Positions 8,577-17,808 of a DNA stretch of 26,281 bases are shown one piece after another. This DNA comes from Acidobacteriota bacterium. GTDB lineage: Bacteria; Acidobacteriota; UBA4820; DSQY01. Every line of letters begins with the position of its first letter. The stretch's first letter is position 1. The stretch is from assembly GCA_049967655.1 (NCBI GenBank), contig JBMFSH010000034.1:1-26281 (forward strand), in the 5' to 3' direction. The notes beneath the pieces were generated by a model. That model was not told the DNA's origin, searched no databases, and was given only the letters and a program-made list of their open reading frames with translations. The translations under genes were made by a program, and so were the position numbers.

Positions 8577-9965
8577 ATGCGCAAGCCTTTCTTGGGGATT
8601 TGCCTGGTTCTGGCGGTCCTGGCGGGGGCCTCCGCCCGGGGGCAGGGCGTATTCCGCATCCAGATGGACCAGCCCATACAGCCCATCGTCCAAGAGTACG
8701 TCGTGAACGCCATCCGGGAGGCCAACGACAAGGGAGCCAGCCTGATCCTGCTGGAGATCGACACCCCCGGCGGCTACGTGAGCTCCGTGGAGCAGATCCA
8801 GAAGGCGATCCTCTCCTCCAGGGCGCCCGTGGTGGCCTACGTCGCACCGGCGGGAGCCCGGGCGGCCTCCGGCGGCGCCTACGTGGCCATGGCCTGCGAT
8901 CTCATAGCCATGGCCCCTGGGACCAACATCGGGGCGGCCCACCCCGTGAGCGGGGTCCCCATCCCCGTCCCCACTCCGCCGCAGCCCCCCACGCCCCAGT
9001 CTCCCGAGAAGGGACCCCAGCCCGCCCCGCCCGCCCAGGAGGGGGGTGTGGAAATGCAGAAGGTGGTGAACGACCTGGCCGCTCACATGCGGAGCCTCGC
9101 CGAAAATCGCCACCGCAACGTAGCCATCGCGGAACAGATGGTCCGCGAGAGCATTTCCCTGAGCGAGCAGGAGGCCCTCAGGGACGGGCTCATCGAGCTG
9201 ATCGCCCAGAACGAGGGGGACATCTTCAGCTACGTCAGGGAGCACCCCATCCGCCGCTTCAACGGGGTGGAGCAGAAGGTGGACCTGCCCCCTTCCCCCG
9301 TCGTGACGCCCATCGACATGACCGCGCGGGAACGGTTCCTCTCGGCCCTGGCCAACCCCTCGCTCGCCTATCTCCTTCTCCTGCTGGGCATTCTCGGCCT
9401 CTTCGTGGAATTCAAGAGCCCGGGCCTCATTTTTCCCGGGGTCATGGGGGGCCTCTTCATCCTGCTCTACGTGATGTCCATTCCGCTCCTGCCCATCAAC
9501 GTGGTGGGCCTGCTCCTCATCATCCTGGGCCTCGTCTTCTTCATCTTGGAGATCAAGGTGGTATCCTATGGGATACTGGCCGTCGGAGGGGTGATCTCCT
9601 TGTTCATCGGAAGCCTGTTGCTCTACAGCGGAGGACCGATCCCCGAGTTGAGGCTCTCCCTCACCCTGGTGGTGCCCGTCGTCCTGGCCTTTTCGGCCAT
9701 CGTGGTGTTCCTGCTGGTCCTCGTGGCACGGGCCTTTCGAAACCCAGTGGTGACCGGCGAGCAGGGGATGATGGGGCAGGAGGGGGAGGTGCGGGAGGCC
9801 ATCCACCCTCCGGAGCCCGGAAAGGTCTTCGTGTTCGGCGAGTATTGGAACGCGGTCAGCGACCAGCCCTTCGAGGTGGGCGCCGCGGTGAAGGTGGTAG
9901 GGCGTGACGGGATGACCCTGCGCGTGGCGCCCCTTTCCGGAGGAGGTAAGGATGCCGCAGGTTAG
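8577..9965 (+). CDS. nfeD: NfeD long form (ClpP-class serine protease domain, TM helices, C-terminal OB fold), stomatin partner
   Basis: Signal peptide, [19 protein letters not shown] (Ser98), [28 protein letters not shown] region, [12 protein letters not shown]. Confidence 0.95.
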   Translation: MRKPFLGICLVLAVLAGASARGQGVFRIQMDQPIQPIVQEYVVNAIREANDKGASLILLEIDTPGGYVSSVEQIQKAILSSRAPVVAYVAPAGARAASGGAYVAMACDLIAMAPGTNIGAAHPVSGVPIPVPTPPQPPTPQSPEKGPQPAPPAQEGGVEMQKVVNDLAAHMRSLAENRHRNVAIAEQMVRESISLSEQEALRDGLIELIAQNEGDIFSYVREHPIRRFNGVEQKVDLPPSPVVTPIDMTARERFLSALANPSLAYLLLLLGILGLFVEFKSPGLIFPGVMGGLFILLYVMSIPLLPINVVGLLLIILGLVFFILEIKVVSYGILAVGGVISLFIGSLLLYSGGPIPELRLSLTLVVPVVLAFSAIVVFLLVLVARAFRNPVVTGEQGMMGQEGEVREAIHPPEPGKVFVFGEYWNAVSDQPFEVGAAVKVVGRDGMTLRVAPLSGGGKDAAG

Positions 9966-10725
9966 CTTTCCCATACTGGCCGTACTGGTCATTTTCTTCG
10001 GCTGGCTGTTCTCCTGCATCAATATTTTGAAGGAGTACGAGCGCGGGGTGATCTTCCGGTTGGGACGGGTGCTACCCGAACCGAAGGGGCCGGGCCTGAT
10101 CTTCGTCTTCAAACCCTTCGACACCATGGTCAGGATCGCCTTGAGGACCATCGTCCTGGACGTCCCGCCGCAGGACATCATCACCAAGGACAACGTCTCC
10201 GTGAAGGTCAACGCGGTGGTGTACTTCCGGGTGTTCAACCCCCTCAATGCGGTGCTCCAGGTGGAGAACTACATCTACGCCACCTCCCAGCTCGCCCAGA
10301 CGACTCTGCGATCCATTCTGGGCCAGGTGCAACTCGACGAGCTCCTCTCCGAGCGAGAGAAGCTGAACAAGGACCTCCAGAGCGTGCTCGACCTGCACAC
10401 CGACCCGTGGGGGATCAAGGTGGCGCTGGTGGAGATCAAGGGCGTGGACCTGCCCCAGGACATGCAGCGGGCCATGGCCCTGCAGGCCCAGGCCGAGCGG
10501 GAAAAGAGAGCCAAGATCATCAACGCCGACGGCGAGTTCCAGGCCTCCCAGACCCTCTCCAACGCCGCGGCCGTGCTCGCCCAGAATCCCCTGACCATCC
10601 AGCTGCGTTACCTCCAGACGCTCACCCAGATCGGCGCGGAGAACAGCAGCACGATCATCTTCCCCATTCCCATCGAGTTTATGAGATCTTTCCTCCCGAA
10701 GGCGGGGGAAGAGAAGAAGGAATAG
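9952..10725 (+). CDS. SPFH/band 7 stomatin-like (slipin) protein
   Basis: [74 protein letters not shown]. Confidence 0.96.
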   Translation: MPQVSFPILAVLVIFFGWLFSCINILKEYERGVIFRLGRVLPEPKGPGLIFVFKPFDTMVRIALRTIVLDVPPQDIITKDNVSVKVNAVVYFRVFNPLNAVLQVENYIYATSQLAQTTLRSILGQVQLDELLSEREKLNKDLQSVLDLHTDPWGIKVALVEIKGVDLPQDMQRAMALQAQAEREKRAKIINADGEFQASQTLSNAAAVLAQNPLTIQLRYLQTLTQIGAENSSTIIFPIPIEFMRSFLPKAGEEKKE

Positions 10726-10794
10726 CCAGTCGCGGGGGCATCGGTGCGCCCCGAAGCACAGACAGGCTCCGGGCTAGAAAAGGGGAGGCGCGGC

Positions 10795-11880
10795 GTGGCG
10801 GAGACCCGACAGGGACGTGGAAGTTCGGAGGCATCCGGCTCCAGACGACTGCCCGCGACCTTCGAGCTCGCGCTCTACAAAGATTTGTCACGCACCTTCC
10901 GCTCATTCGACCTCAACACCGTGGCCGAGGAGATCTTGAAGTCTCTCAAGCGCTCCCTCCGTGCCGATTACGCCACGCTGCTCATCCTGACGGACCAGGG
11001 GCAGTTCGTGGAGCGGGTGTTCAGGGTGGGGTTCGCCCCGGAGAAGCACTCGGCCGATCGTTTCGGGCTGACCAAAACGGAAATCGAGGGGCTCATACGC
11101 GACATGATCCCCAAGATGAAGGAGTTCGGTTCCGCCGCCTCGTCGGCCCCCGGACCGGTGGTGGAGGGGGAGAGCGTGGCGAGACTGGCCATGTTTCCCC
11201 TGCAGCTGGTCTACGACTACTCGGGCTTGATCCTGGTCGCCGTCACGGCCGCCAAGAGCGACCTCAGCCTCCTCAACGCCCCGGCCTTCGCGGCCCTCGA
11301 AACGGTCCTCACGGACATCGGCTTCGCCCTGAAGAACGCCCTGACGGTCCGTCGGATGAACGACCTCATCACCAAGGACGACTTGACCCTCTCCTACAAC
11401 CGGCGGTTCTTCGAGGAGTACTTGGTGGAGGAGCTGGAGCGGGCCCGGCGCTACAACAACCCCGTCTCGCTCATTTTTCTCGACCTGGACGGCCTTCGAG
11501 AGGTCAACAGCCGGTTCGGACACGCCATGGGGAGCCGGACCCTCCAGGAGGCGGCCGCCCGTATCATGAACGCCGTGAGGACCATGGACAAGGTGGTCCG
11601 CTACGGCGGAGATGAATTCTGCATCATCCTTCCGGAGACCCACTGGAAGGGCGCCCTCGAGGTGGCCGAGAGGATCCGCCAGAGGATCGCCGCCACCCCG
11701 TTCCTTCTGGAGGAGACGGGGGGCATCGAGATCACGGGGTCCTTCGGAGTGGCCTCTTACCCCACCCACGCCATCACCAAAGAGGAGCTCATCAAGAAGG
11801 CCGATGAAGCCATGTATCGCATCAAGAGCCAGACCAAAAACGACATCCAGGTTGCGCAACCGCTGAAGCGGTTTCCCTGA
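10795..11880 (+). CDS. Diguanylate cyclase with a GAF-like N-terminal region
   Basis: DDLTLSYNRRFF, LIFLDLD, VNSRFGH, RxxD I-site (RTMD), RYGGDEF at 11599-11619, SFGVA, ADEAMY. GTG at 10795 has a GGGGAGG SD (alternative start 10744). The GAF assignment is inferred. Confidence 0.92.
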   Translation: MAETRQGRGSSEASGSRRLPATFELALYKDLSRTFRSFDLNTVAEEILKSLKRSLRADYATLLILTDQGQFVERVFRVGFAPEKHSADRFGLTKTEIEGLIRDMIPKMKEFGSAASSAPGPVVEGESVARLAMFPLQLVYDYSGLILVAVTAAKSDLSLLNAPAFAALETVLTDIGFALKNALTVRRMNDLITKDDLTLSYNRRFFEEYLVEELERARRYNNPVSLIFLDLDGLREVNSRFGHAMGSRTLQEAAARIMNAVRTMDKVVRYGGDEFCIILPETHWKGALEVAERIRQRIAATPFLLEETGGIEITGSFGVASYPTHAITKEELIKKADEAMYRIKSQTKNDIQVAQPLKRFP

Positions 11881-11955
11881 GCGCCGCGCGCGGCCCGCAC
11901 CGTCCGAACGCACATGTCCTGGGCGGCCAGAACGTGCCAGGGGGGAGACGCACCC

Positions 11956-13074
11956 ATGAACGATCAGATCCTGCTGAGCGGCAAGATTTCGGAAATCCGC
12001 CTTCCGACCTTGCTCATGTCGCTCTACCGGGACCGTGAAACAGGGATCCTGACCCTGACCGACGGGCTCTACGGCAAGTCGCTGTTCATCGAGGAGGGCA
12101 AGGTCGTGTACGCTTCCTCGGAGGATCCCGACGAGGGGCTCGGCGAATGCCTTTTGCGGCGGGGGGCCATCTCCCTCGACCACTTCTTCGAGGCCACGGC
12201 CGAGGCTCCCGCCGGACAGCGCCTGGGGGAGCTGCTGGTCACCATGGGGGCGCTGACTTCGGAGGAGCTGCTGGAGGGCGTCAGCCAGCGGCTGTACGAC
12301 ATCATCTTTTCCCTGTTCGAGATCAGGACGGGCAGCTACAGCCTGGAGCTGGCCTCCTTTTCCACGATGGAGATGACCACCCTGGCCGTGGACCTGCCCC
12401 TGGTGGTTATGCGGGGCATGGAGCGCCTCCATTCCTGGAGCCAGATCAGGGCGGCCGTGGGCGAACCCTCCACCAGGGTACGGATGGCCTCCCGCATGCC
12501 TCCCTTCGTCGGTGATCTGGACCTGTCCCAGGAGCAGGAACACCTCCTCAGCCTCAGCCGGACGGGAAGGCCCGTCTCCTTCCTCGTGGAAGCCAGCTAT
12601 CTCCCTCCCTTCCAGACCTACAAGGCGCTCTGGATCTTCCTGACGCTCGGTCTGATGGAGAAGGAGGAGGCCCGGAAAAACCGGGAGGCTCCGGTCTTGG
12701 ATCTGGAGTCGGCACTGGAGCGCTACAACGATCTCTACGCCTTCGCGCACCTGAAACTCGGGGGGCTCCCCGACGCCGAGGCACGTATCCATCACATCCT
12801 GCGCGACCTGGGCGATACCTATCCCGACCTGGTTCAGGGGCAGGCGGGGCTGGCCCAGTACGGCCGTCTCGATCCCGATCAAGTACTTTGGGCACTCCGA
12901 TCACAATCCGAAGATCGGCGCGCGGTCCGCTTGCAGGCCTTTCTGGAAGAGGTTCTCTACGCGATGGCCCACCTGGTGGAGAGTAGCCTGCCCGCCGAGG
13001 AGGCCAAGGACTTCCAGTCGTACATCCTGCAGCAACGCAGCTATTACGGCGGTTTGGAGGAGCCCCATGGGTGA
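11956..13074 (+). CDS. DUF4388 (PatA_N-like) domain protein with MshEN-like repeats
   Basis: LSGKISEIRLPTLL..L....ETGILTL..GLYGKSLFIEEGKVVYASS (DUF4388 pattern), then LGECLLRRGAI and RLGELLVTMGAL repeats. SD GGGGGAG. Confidence 0.75.
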   Translation: MNDQILLSGKISEIRLPTLLMSLYRDRETGILTLTDGLYGKSLFIEEGKVVYASSEDPDEGLGECLLRRGAISLDHFFEATAEAPAGQRLGELLVTMGALTSEELLEGVSQRLYDIIFSLFEIRTGSYSLELASFSTMEMTTLAVDLPLVVMRGMERLHSWSQIRAAVGEPSTRVRMASRMPPFVGDLDLSQEQEHLLSLSRTGRPVSFLVEASYLPPFQTYKALWIFLTLGLMEKEEARKNREAPVLDLESALERYNDLYAFAHLKLGGLPDAEARIHHILRDLGDTYPDLVQGQAGLAQYGRLDPDQVLWALRSQSEDRRAVRLQAFLEEVLYAMAHLVESSLPAEEAKDFQSYILQQRSYYGGLEEPHG

Positions 13075-13762
13075 CGGTGATGGGTTCCGGCCAGGACTTC
13101 GGGAGATCCTCTGGGTGACCGCCGGCGTTGTGTGCCTCTCCTTTCTCGTGGCCGCCGCATCGTGGCTCTTCTCGCCCCACTCCTCGGGCCCGGGCGGGAG
13201 CGCCTCCGGGGGGCCAACCATCCAGGAGGAGACCGTTCAGCCAGGGCGGTTTCAGCGAGAGGTCGTCTCGCCGGGAGGGGTGGTCCCCCAGGTGACCCCC
13301 TCTCCCGAGGGACCGGCAGCGCCGGCCCAATCTCAGACGGCGCCCTCGCTCCCGAGCGGGGTGGAGAAGGCCGCCGCGCCCCCCACGCCTGCGGCAGAGT
13401 CGCTCCCTTCCACCGAGGCCCTTCCTCGCCCAGGGCAGGAGGAGCATCCGCTCCCGGATTCGAGCCCCCCTCCCCAACCAGCGCCCTCCCCGGCGCCCGG
13501 GCCCGGGCGACAGGAGGCGCCGCCGCCAAGACCCTCCGGCTTCGGTGTCCAGGTCGGCGCCTTCTCTTCACAGACCAACGCCAGAAGTACGGTGGGCGCC
13601 TTGAGGGCGAGCGGATACGCGGCCCAGGTGTTGGAGCGCGAGGGACGATTCAAGGTAGTGGTCACCGGGTATGCGAACAGAGAGGCCGCGGAGGAGGCAC
13701 GCCGGTCTCTCATGCAAAAGGGCTTTCCCAACGCCTTCGTGGTTCCACTGGAGTCGCCATGA
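13067..13762 (+). CDS. SPOR-domain peptidoglycan-binding membrane protein (FtsN/DedD-like architecture)
   Basis: Single N-terminal TM helix, Pro-rich linker, FGVQVGAFSSQTNA...FKVVVTGYANREAAE...GFPNAFV. Confidence 0.88.
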   Translation: MGDGDGFRPGLREILWVTAGVVCLSFLVAAASWLFSPHSSGPGGSASGGPTIQEETVQPGRFQREVVSPGGVVPQVTPSPEGPAAPAQSQTAPSLPSGVEKAAAPPTPAAESLPSTEALPRPGQEEHPLPDSSPPPQPAPSPAPGPGRQEAPPPRPSGFGVQVGAFSSQTNARSTVGALRASGYAAQVLEREGRFKVVVTGYANREAAEEARRSLMQKGFPNAFVVPLESP

Positions 13763-14010
13763 AAAAGACGATCAAAGGGGCCTTTGAAGGCCAGCTCCAT
13801 GAACTCGAGGAGATCGTGAGGCGGCTGGAGGACGGCTCCACGCCCTTAGAGGAGAGCCTGCAGCTCTTCGAGCGGGGGGTGCGCCTGAGCCGTGACCTTC
13901 AGAAGAGCCTTCAGGAGGCCACGCTGCGCGTCACGCGCCTGCTGGAGGCCGAGGAGAGGGAGGTCCCCCTCGAGGAGGGCGCCTCACCCGAGGAGAACGG
14001 CACTTCATGA
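13759..14010 (+). CDS. xseB: Exodeoxyribonuclease VII small subunit
   Basis: FEGQLHELEEIVRRLEDGSTPLEESLQLFERGVRL. ATGA overlap and position upstream of ispA. Confidence 0.95.
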   Translation: MKKTIKGAFEGQLHELEEIVRRLEDGSTPLEESLQLFERGVRLSRDLQKSLQEATLRVTRLLEAEEREVPLEEGASPEENGTS

Positions 14011-14900
14011 TGCCCTCGGCGCTGGACCGGTGGGGCCCCGCCGTCGAGAAAGCCTTGCGGGCCGTCCTTCCCCCCGAGGAGCAAGAGCCGGTGGAGCTTC
14101 ACCGGGCCATGCGCTACAGCGTTCTGGCGGGAGGCAAACGGCTGAGGCCCATCCTCGCCATTTGCGCCTACCGGGCCTGCGGGGGTGAGGACGCCGAGTC
14201 CGCCCTGCCTGCGGCCGCGGCTTTGGAGCTCTTCCACACCTACAGTCTCATCCACGACGACCTGCCCTCCATGGACGACGACGATCTCCGGCGGGGGCGC
14301 CCCTCCAGCCACGTCGTCTTCGGCGAGGCGGTGGCCATTCTGGCTGGAGACGCTCTGCAGACCCTCGCCTTCCAGCTCCTCGCCTCGCATCCGGCGGGCG
14401 CCCGCCTGTCGGCGCGGCGGGCGCGGGTCTGTCGCGAAATGGCGCTCGCGCTGGGCTCCGTGGGCATGGTCGGTGGGCAGGTTCTCGACCTCCGTCTGAC
14501 GGGAAGGGGCGGCGGAGTGTCGGCCGATGACCTGCTCCGCGTGCACCGGCTCAAGACCGGCCGTTTTCTGGAGGCGTGCCTCCAGTCGGGCGCACTCTGG
14601 GCGGGGGCCAGGGCACAAGAACGAAAGGCCCTTCTCTCCTACGGACGCGCCATGGGACTGGCTTTCCAAATCGTGGACGACATCCTGGACGTCACGGCCA
14701 CCTCCGAAGCGCTGGGAAAGACCGCAGGAAAGGATGCGGCTCAGAGCAAGGCCACTTTTCCCGCCCTGTGGGGCATCGAGGAGTCCGAACAAGAGGCCCA
14801 GCGGCTCCTGTCCGAGGCGCTGCGAGCGCTGGCTCCCCTGGGGTCCGACAGCCAGGAGCTGAGAGAGTTGGCCCATTTCATCGTGAACCGCGTCCGATGA
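14007..14900 (+). CDS. ispA: Farnesyl/geranylgeranyl diphosphate synthase
   Basis: MRYSVLAGGKRLRP, HTYSLIHDDLPSMDDDDLRRGRP (FARM), AILAGDAL, GMVGGQ, KTG, GLAFQIVDDILD (SARM), GKTAGKD. Confidence 0.96.
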   Translation: MMPSALDRWGPAVEKALRAVLPPEEQEPVELHRAMRYSVLAGGKRLRPILAICAYRACGGEDAESALPAAAALELFHTYSLIHDDLPSMDDDDLRRGRPSSHVVFGEAVAILAGDALQTLAFQLLASHPAGARLSARRARVCREMALALGSVGMVGGQVLDLRLTGRGGGVSADDLLRVHRLKTGRFLEACLQSGALWAGARAQERKALLSYGRAMGLAFQIVDDILDVTATSEALGKTAGKDAAQSKATFPALWGIEESEQEAQRLLSEALRALAPLGSDSQELRELAHFIVNRVR

Positions 14901-15643
14901 AAATCAGGGCGGACAAGCTTTGCGTGATGCGCTCCCTGGCCGAGACCAGAGAGCGCGCCCGGGCCCTCATCATGGCCGGGGCCATCTACAGCGGCGAGGT
15001 GCGAATCGATAAGGCGGGCCAGCTGCTGAGTGACGATGCACCCCTGACGCGGCGGAGCGATCCCTGCCCCTACGTGAGCCGCGGCGGGCTCAAGCTGGAA
15101 GCGGCCCTGCGCCACTTCTCGCCTCCCGTGGAGGGCGTCATTTGCGCCGACGTCGGCGCCTCCACGGGGGGCTTCACCGACTGCCTCCTGCGCCGGGGCG
15201 CGGCCAGGGTGTACGCAGTGGATGTGGGGCACGGGCAGCTCCACTACTCCCTTCGTAATGACCCGAGGGTGGTCCTCAGGGAGGGAGTGAATGCCCGCTT
15301 CTTGCCCGAGGATTTCTTCCCTGAACCCATTCGACTCGTGGTGGTGGATGCCTCGTTCATTTCCCTGCGCCTGCTCCTCCCGGCGGTCCGCCGCAGCGCG
15401 CCGCGCGCCGAGATCCTGGCTCTCGTTAAGCCCCAGTTTGAAGCCGGCCGAGGCAGCGTGGGCAAGGGCGGCGTGGTCCGAGACCCAGAAGTCCGGGCCC
15501 GCGCCGTGGAATCCATACGCACCGAGGCCGAAGAGTTGGGCTATACTGCGATGGGCAGTCTGGAGAGCCCCGTCAAGGGCCCCAAGGGCAACGTGGAGTT
15601 TTTTCTTTTCCTGCGTCCGGCCCATCGCCCGGGGGAACCGTGA
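14897..15643 (+). CDS. tlyA: TlyA family rRNA 2'-O-methyltransferase (S4 + FtsJ domains)
   Basis: YVSRGGLKLEAAL, DVGASTGGFTDCLL, VYAVDVGHGQL, DASFISL, LVKPQFEAG, SPVKGPKGNVEF. ATGA overlap with ispA. Confidence 0.96.
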   Translation: MKIRADKLCVMRSLAETRERARALIMAGAIYSGEVRIDKAGQLLSDDAPLTRRSDPCPYVSRGGLKLEAALRHFSPPVEGVICADVGASTGGFTDCLLRRGAARVYAVDVGHGQLHYSLRNDPRVVLREGVNARFLPEDFFPEPIRLVVVDASFISLRLLLPAVRRSAPRAEILALVKPQFEAGRGSVGKGGVVRDPEVRARAVESIRTEAEELGYTAMGSLESPVKGPKGNVEFFLFLRPAHRPGEP

Positions 15644-16527
15644 ACTCGAATCCCTCCCTGGTCGTCGGTATCGCAGCCAAGCCTTTGCCGCAGCAGGTTC
15701 TTCCGCTGCTGAACGAGCTGCAGGACTGGCTGGCGGAGCGGCACATCGCCTTTCTTCTGGACCATGAGGCGGCGCGGATGAGCGGAAGGGCGCAGGGTCT
15801 GCCCTCCCTCTCCAGGGAGGAGTTGGCGCGCCAGGCCGATCTCCTCGTGGTTCTGGGGGGCGACGGCACTCTGCTTTCGGTGGCCCGGCACGCCAATCAC
15901 CGCGAGGTTCCCCTCCTCGGCGTCAACCTCGGCTCCCTCGGATTTCTCACGGAAATCGGAACGGAAGAGATGTTCACCGCGCTCCAAGCCTACTTCGACG
16001 GGAAGACGAGCGTCCAGAAGCGCATGCTGCTCAGTGCGCGCCTGCTTCGCGGGGACCGGATTCTCGCGAGGTACCAGTGCCTCAACGATGTGGTCGTGAC
16101 GAAGGCGGCGCTCGCCCGCATCATCCATCTCCGGGTGGGGGTGGGCGGTACGTGGCTCACCGACATGCGCTCGGATGGCCTGATCGTGGCCACTCCCACG
16201 GGCTCTACGGCCTACAACCTGTCGGCGGGCGGCCCCATCCTCGTTCCTGGAATGAACGGCATCATCCTGACTCCCCTGTGCCCCCACACGCTGACCATGC
16301 GCCCGCTGATTGTCGACGGCAAGGCCGAAATCGAGGTGACCCTCCTTCAAGGATCGGAGCAGGTGTACATGACCGGCGACGGCCAAGTCGGCAGTCCCAT
16401 GGAGGCGGGAGACAGGATTGTCATTCGCAGCGCCCGCCACCACGTGAATCTCATCCTCAGCCCCAGACGTCAATTTTTCGGCCTTCTCCGGGAGAAGTTG
16501 GGTTGGGGATCGGGCTATCAGGGATAG
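15640..16527 (+). CDS. nadK: NAD(+) kinase
   Basis: VLGGDGTLL, GVNLGSLGFL, LNDVVV, DGLIVATPTGSTAYNLSAGGPIL, PHTLTMRP, LREKLGWG. GTGA overlap. Confidence 0.97.
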   Translation: MNSNPSLVVGIAAKPLPQQVLPLLNELQDWLAERHIAFLLDHEAARMSGRAQGLPSLSREELARQADLLVVLGGDGTLLSVARHANHREVPLLGVNLGSLGFLTEIGTEEMFTALQAYFDGKTSVQKRMLLSARLLRGDRILARYQCLNDVVVTKAALARIIHLRVGVGGTWLTDMRSDGLIVATPTGSTAYNLSAGGPILVPGMNGIILTPLCPHTLTMRPLIVDGKAEIEVTLLQGSEQVYMTGDGQVGSPMEAGDRIVIRSARHHVNLILSPRRQFFGLLREKLGWGSGYQG

Positions 16528-16555
16528 GGTACGCACCCCTCCCTTCTCCTTAATC

Positions 16556-16584
16556 TTGACCTCGTTACCCGTTGGCTGTACACT
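16556..16584 (+). promoter_or_regulatory. Sigma70-like promoter for the DUF1573-like gene
   Basis: TTGACC-17 nt-TACACT, then SD GGAGG before the ATG at 16613. Confidence 0.7.
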
Positions 16585-16612
16585 TCGATGCGATTAGATT
16601 GGAGGTTCTGAC

Positions 16613-17716
16613 ATGAAGCACTTCAGGTTGCTCAACCCGGCCTCGGTTCTCGCCCTTTCTCTGCCTCTCCTCATTTCAGGAATGGCCGTGGCCCAAACCC
16701 CTCAGCCCGGCGTCAAGGTTGTCCCGGTCACCAAGGTGGCCGCATCCCCCCAAGCCCCCAAGGCGGAAGCCAAGGCCGCACCGGAAGCGCTCCCAGAAGC
16801 GGTTCTCAAGGAGATGAATTTTGACGCCGGCTCGGTGAGCCGGGGAGATATCATCAAGCACGACTTCCCGGTGGAGAACAAGGGCAAGGGCGTGCTCGAA
16901 ATCACTCACGTCCAGCCCTCCTGCGGGTGCACGGTGACGCAGTGGGACCACTCGATCCAGCCCGGTAAGTCCGGGGTCATCACGGCCTCCGTCAACACCG
17001 CAGCCTTCACGGGCCCCATTTACAAGACCATTTCCGTGGCCACGAACGACCCGAAGATGAGCAACTTTCAGCTCACCATCAAGGCCGACGTGAAGACCGT
17101 CCTTCAGGTGAGCCCCAGCGAAAACGCCCAGTTCGGGCTGGTCTTCACGGGACAGAAGGAGGAGAAGGATTTCACCATCACCTCCAACGATGGCGAGCCC
17201 TTCACCATCACCTCGGTGCAGTCTCAGGACCCCAATCTACAGTACAGCCTCGAATCTGCGAAGGACCACAAGTCGGCTACTTTCAAGGTCGTGCTACCCG
17301 CTGACCATCCCGCCGGTCCCATCATGGGCCGGTTCACCCTCACCACGACCCATCCCAAGGTGCCCATCCTGAACATCAACGTGTTCGGGACCATCCGGGA
17401 GCCCATGATGGTGATCCCGCAGGAGGTGGTCTACTACGGTCTCAACAAGAGCTACGTGGACGAGCACCCCAATGACGCCGCGCTCAACAAGGTGATCACC
17501 ATCGCCTACGACCAGAATCCCGACCTCGAGATCACCAAGGTGACCTCCTCCCTGCCTAATCTGGAGACTTCGGTCGAGACCCTGCAGCCGAAGCAGCGTT
17601 ACAGCATCAAGCTTCACCTGAAGCCGCCCGTCAAGCTGGGCGACTTTCAGGGAACCGTGACGATCGAGACCAACAAGAAGACCATCACGGTGCCTGTGCG
17701 GGGCAAGATATTCTAG
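16613..17716 (+). CDS. Secreted DUF1573-like protein with about three tandem beta-sandwich (Ig-like) domains
   Basis: Signal peptide ending AVA-Q, Ala/Pro/Lys linker, F.VENKG...LEITHVQPSCGCT....SIQPGKSG (DUF1573 pattern), TNDP, then two further beta-rich repeats. Confidence 0.75.
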   Translation: MKHFRLLNPASVLALSLPLLISGMAVAQTPQPGVKVVPVTKVAASPQAPKAEAKAAPEALPEAVLKEMNFDAGSVSRGDIIKHDFPVENKGKGVLEITHVQPSCGCTVTQWDHSIQPGKSGVITASVNTAAFTGPIYKTISVATNDPKMSNFQLTIKADVKTVLQVSPSENAQFGLVFTGQKEEKDFTITSNDGEPFTITSVQSQDPNLQYSLESAKDHKSATFKVVLPADHPAGPIMGRFTLTTTHPKVPILNINVFGTIREPMMVIPQEVVYYGLNKSYVDEHPNDAALNKVITIAYDQNPDLEITKVTSSLPNLETSVETLQPKQRYSIKLHLKPPVKLGDFQGTVTIETNKKTITVPVRGKIF

Positions 17717-17742
17717 GAAGCTAGAGCGAACGCTCCGATGCG

Positions 17743-17774
17743 AAAGGGCCGGAGGCACGCGCCTCCGGCCCTTT
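17743..17774. terminator. Bidirectional intrinsic terminator between convergent genes
   Basis: Perfect 14-bp inverted repeat AAAGGGCCGGAGGC-acgc-GCCTCCGGCCCTTT between the DUF1573-like gene (+) and efp (-). Confidence 0.85.
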
Positions 17775-17808
17775 GCTATTGCTCTTTCTGTCGGCGGTAC
17801 GACGCCGA

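Noticed and set aside
6517..12882. Long antisense ORFs (6517-8847, 8565-10247, 10903-12882)
   Set aside because: They are shadows of well-supported + strand genes. Stop-poor antisense frames are expected at high GC3 and show no family motifs.
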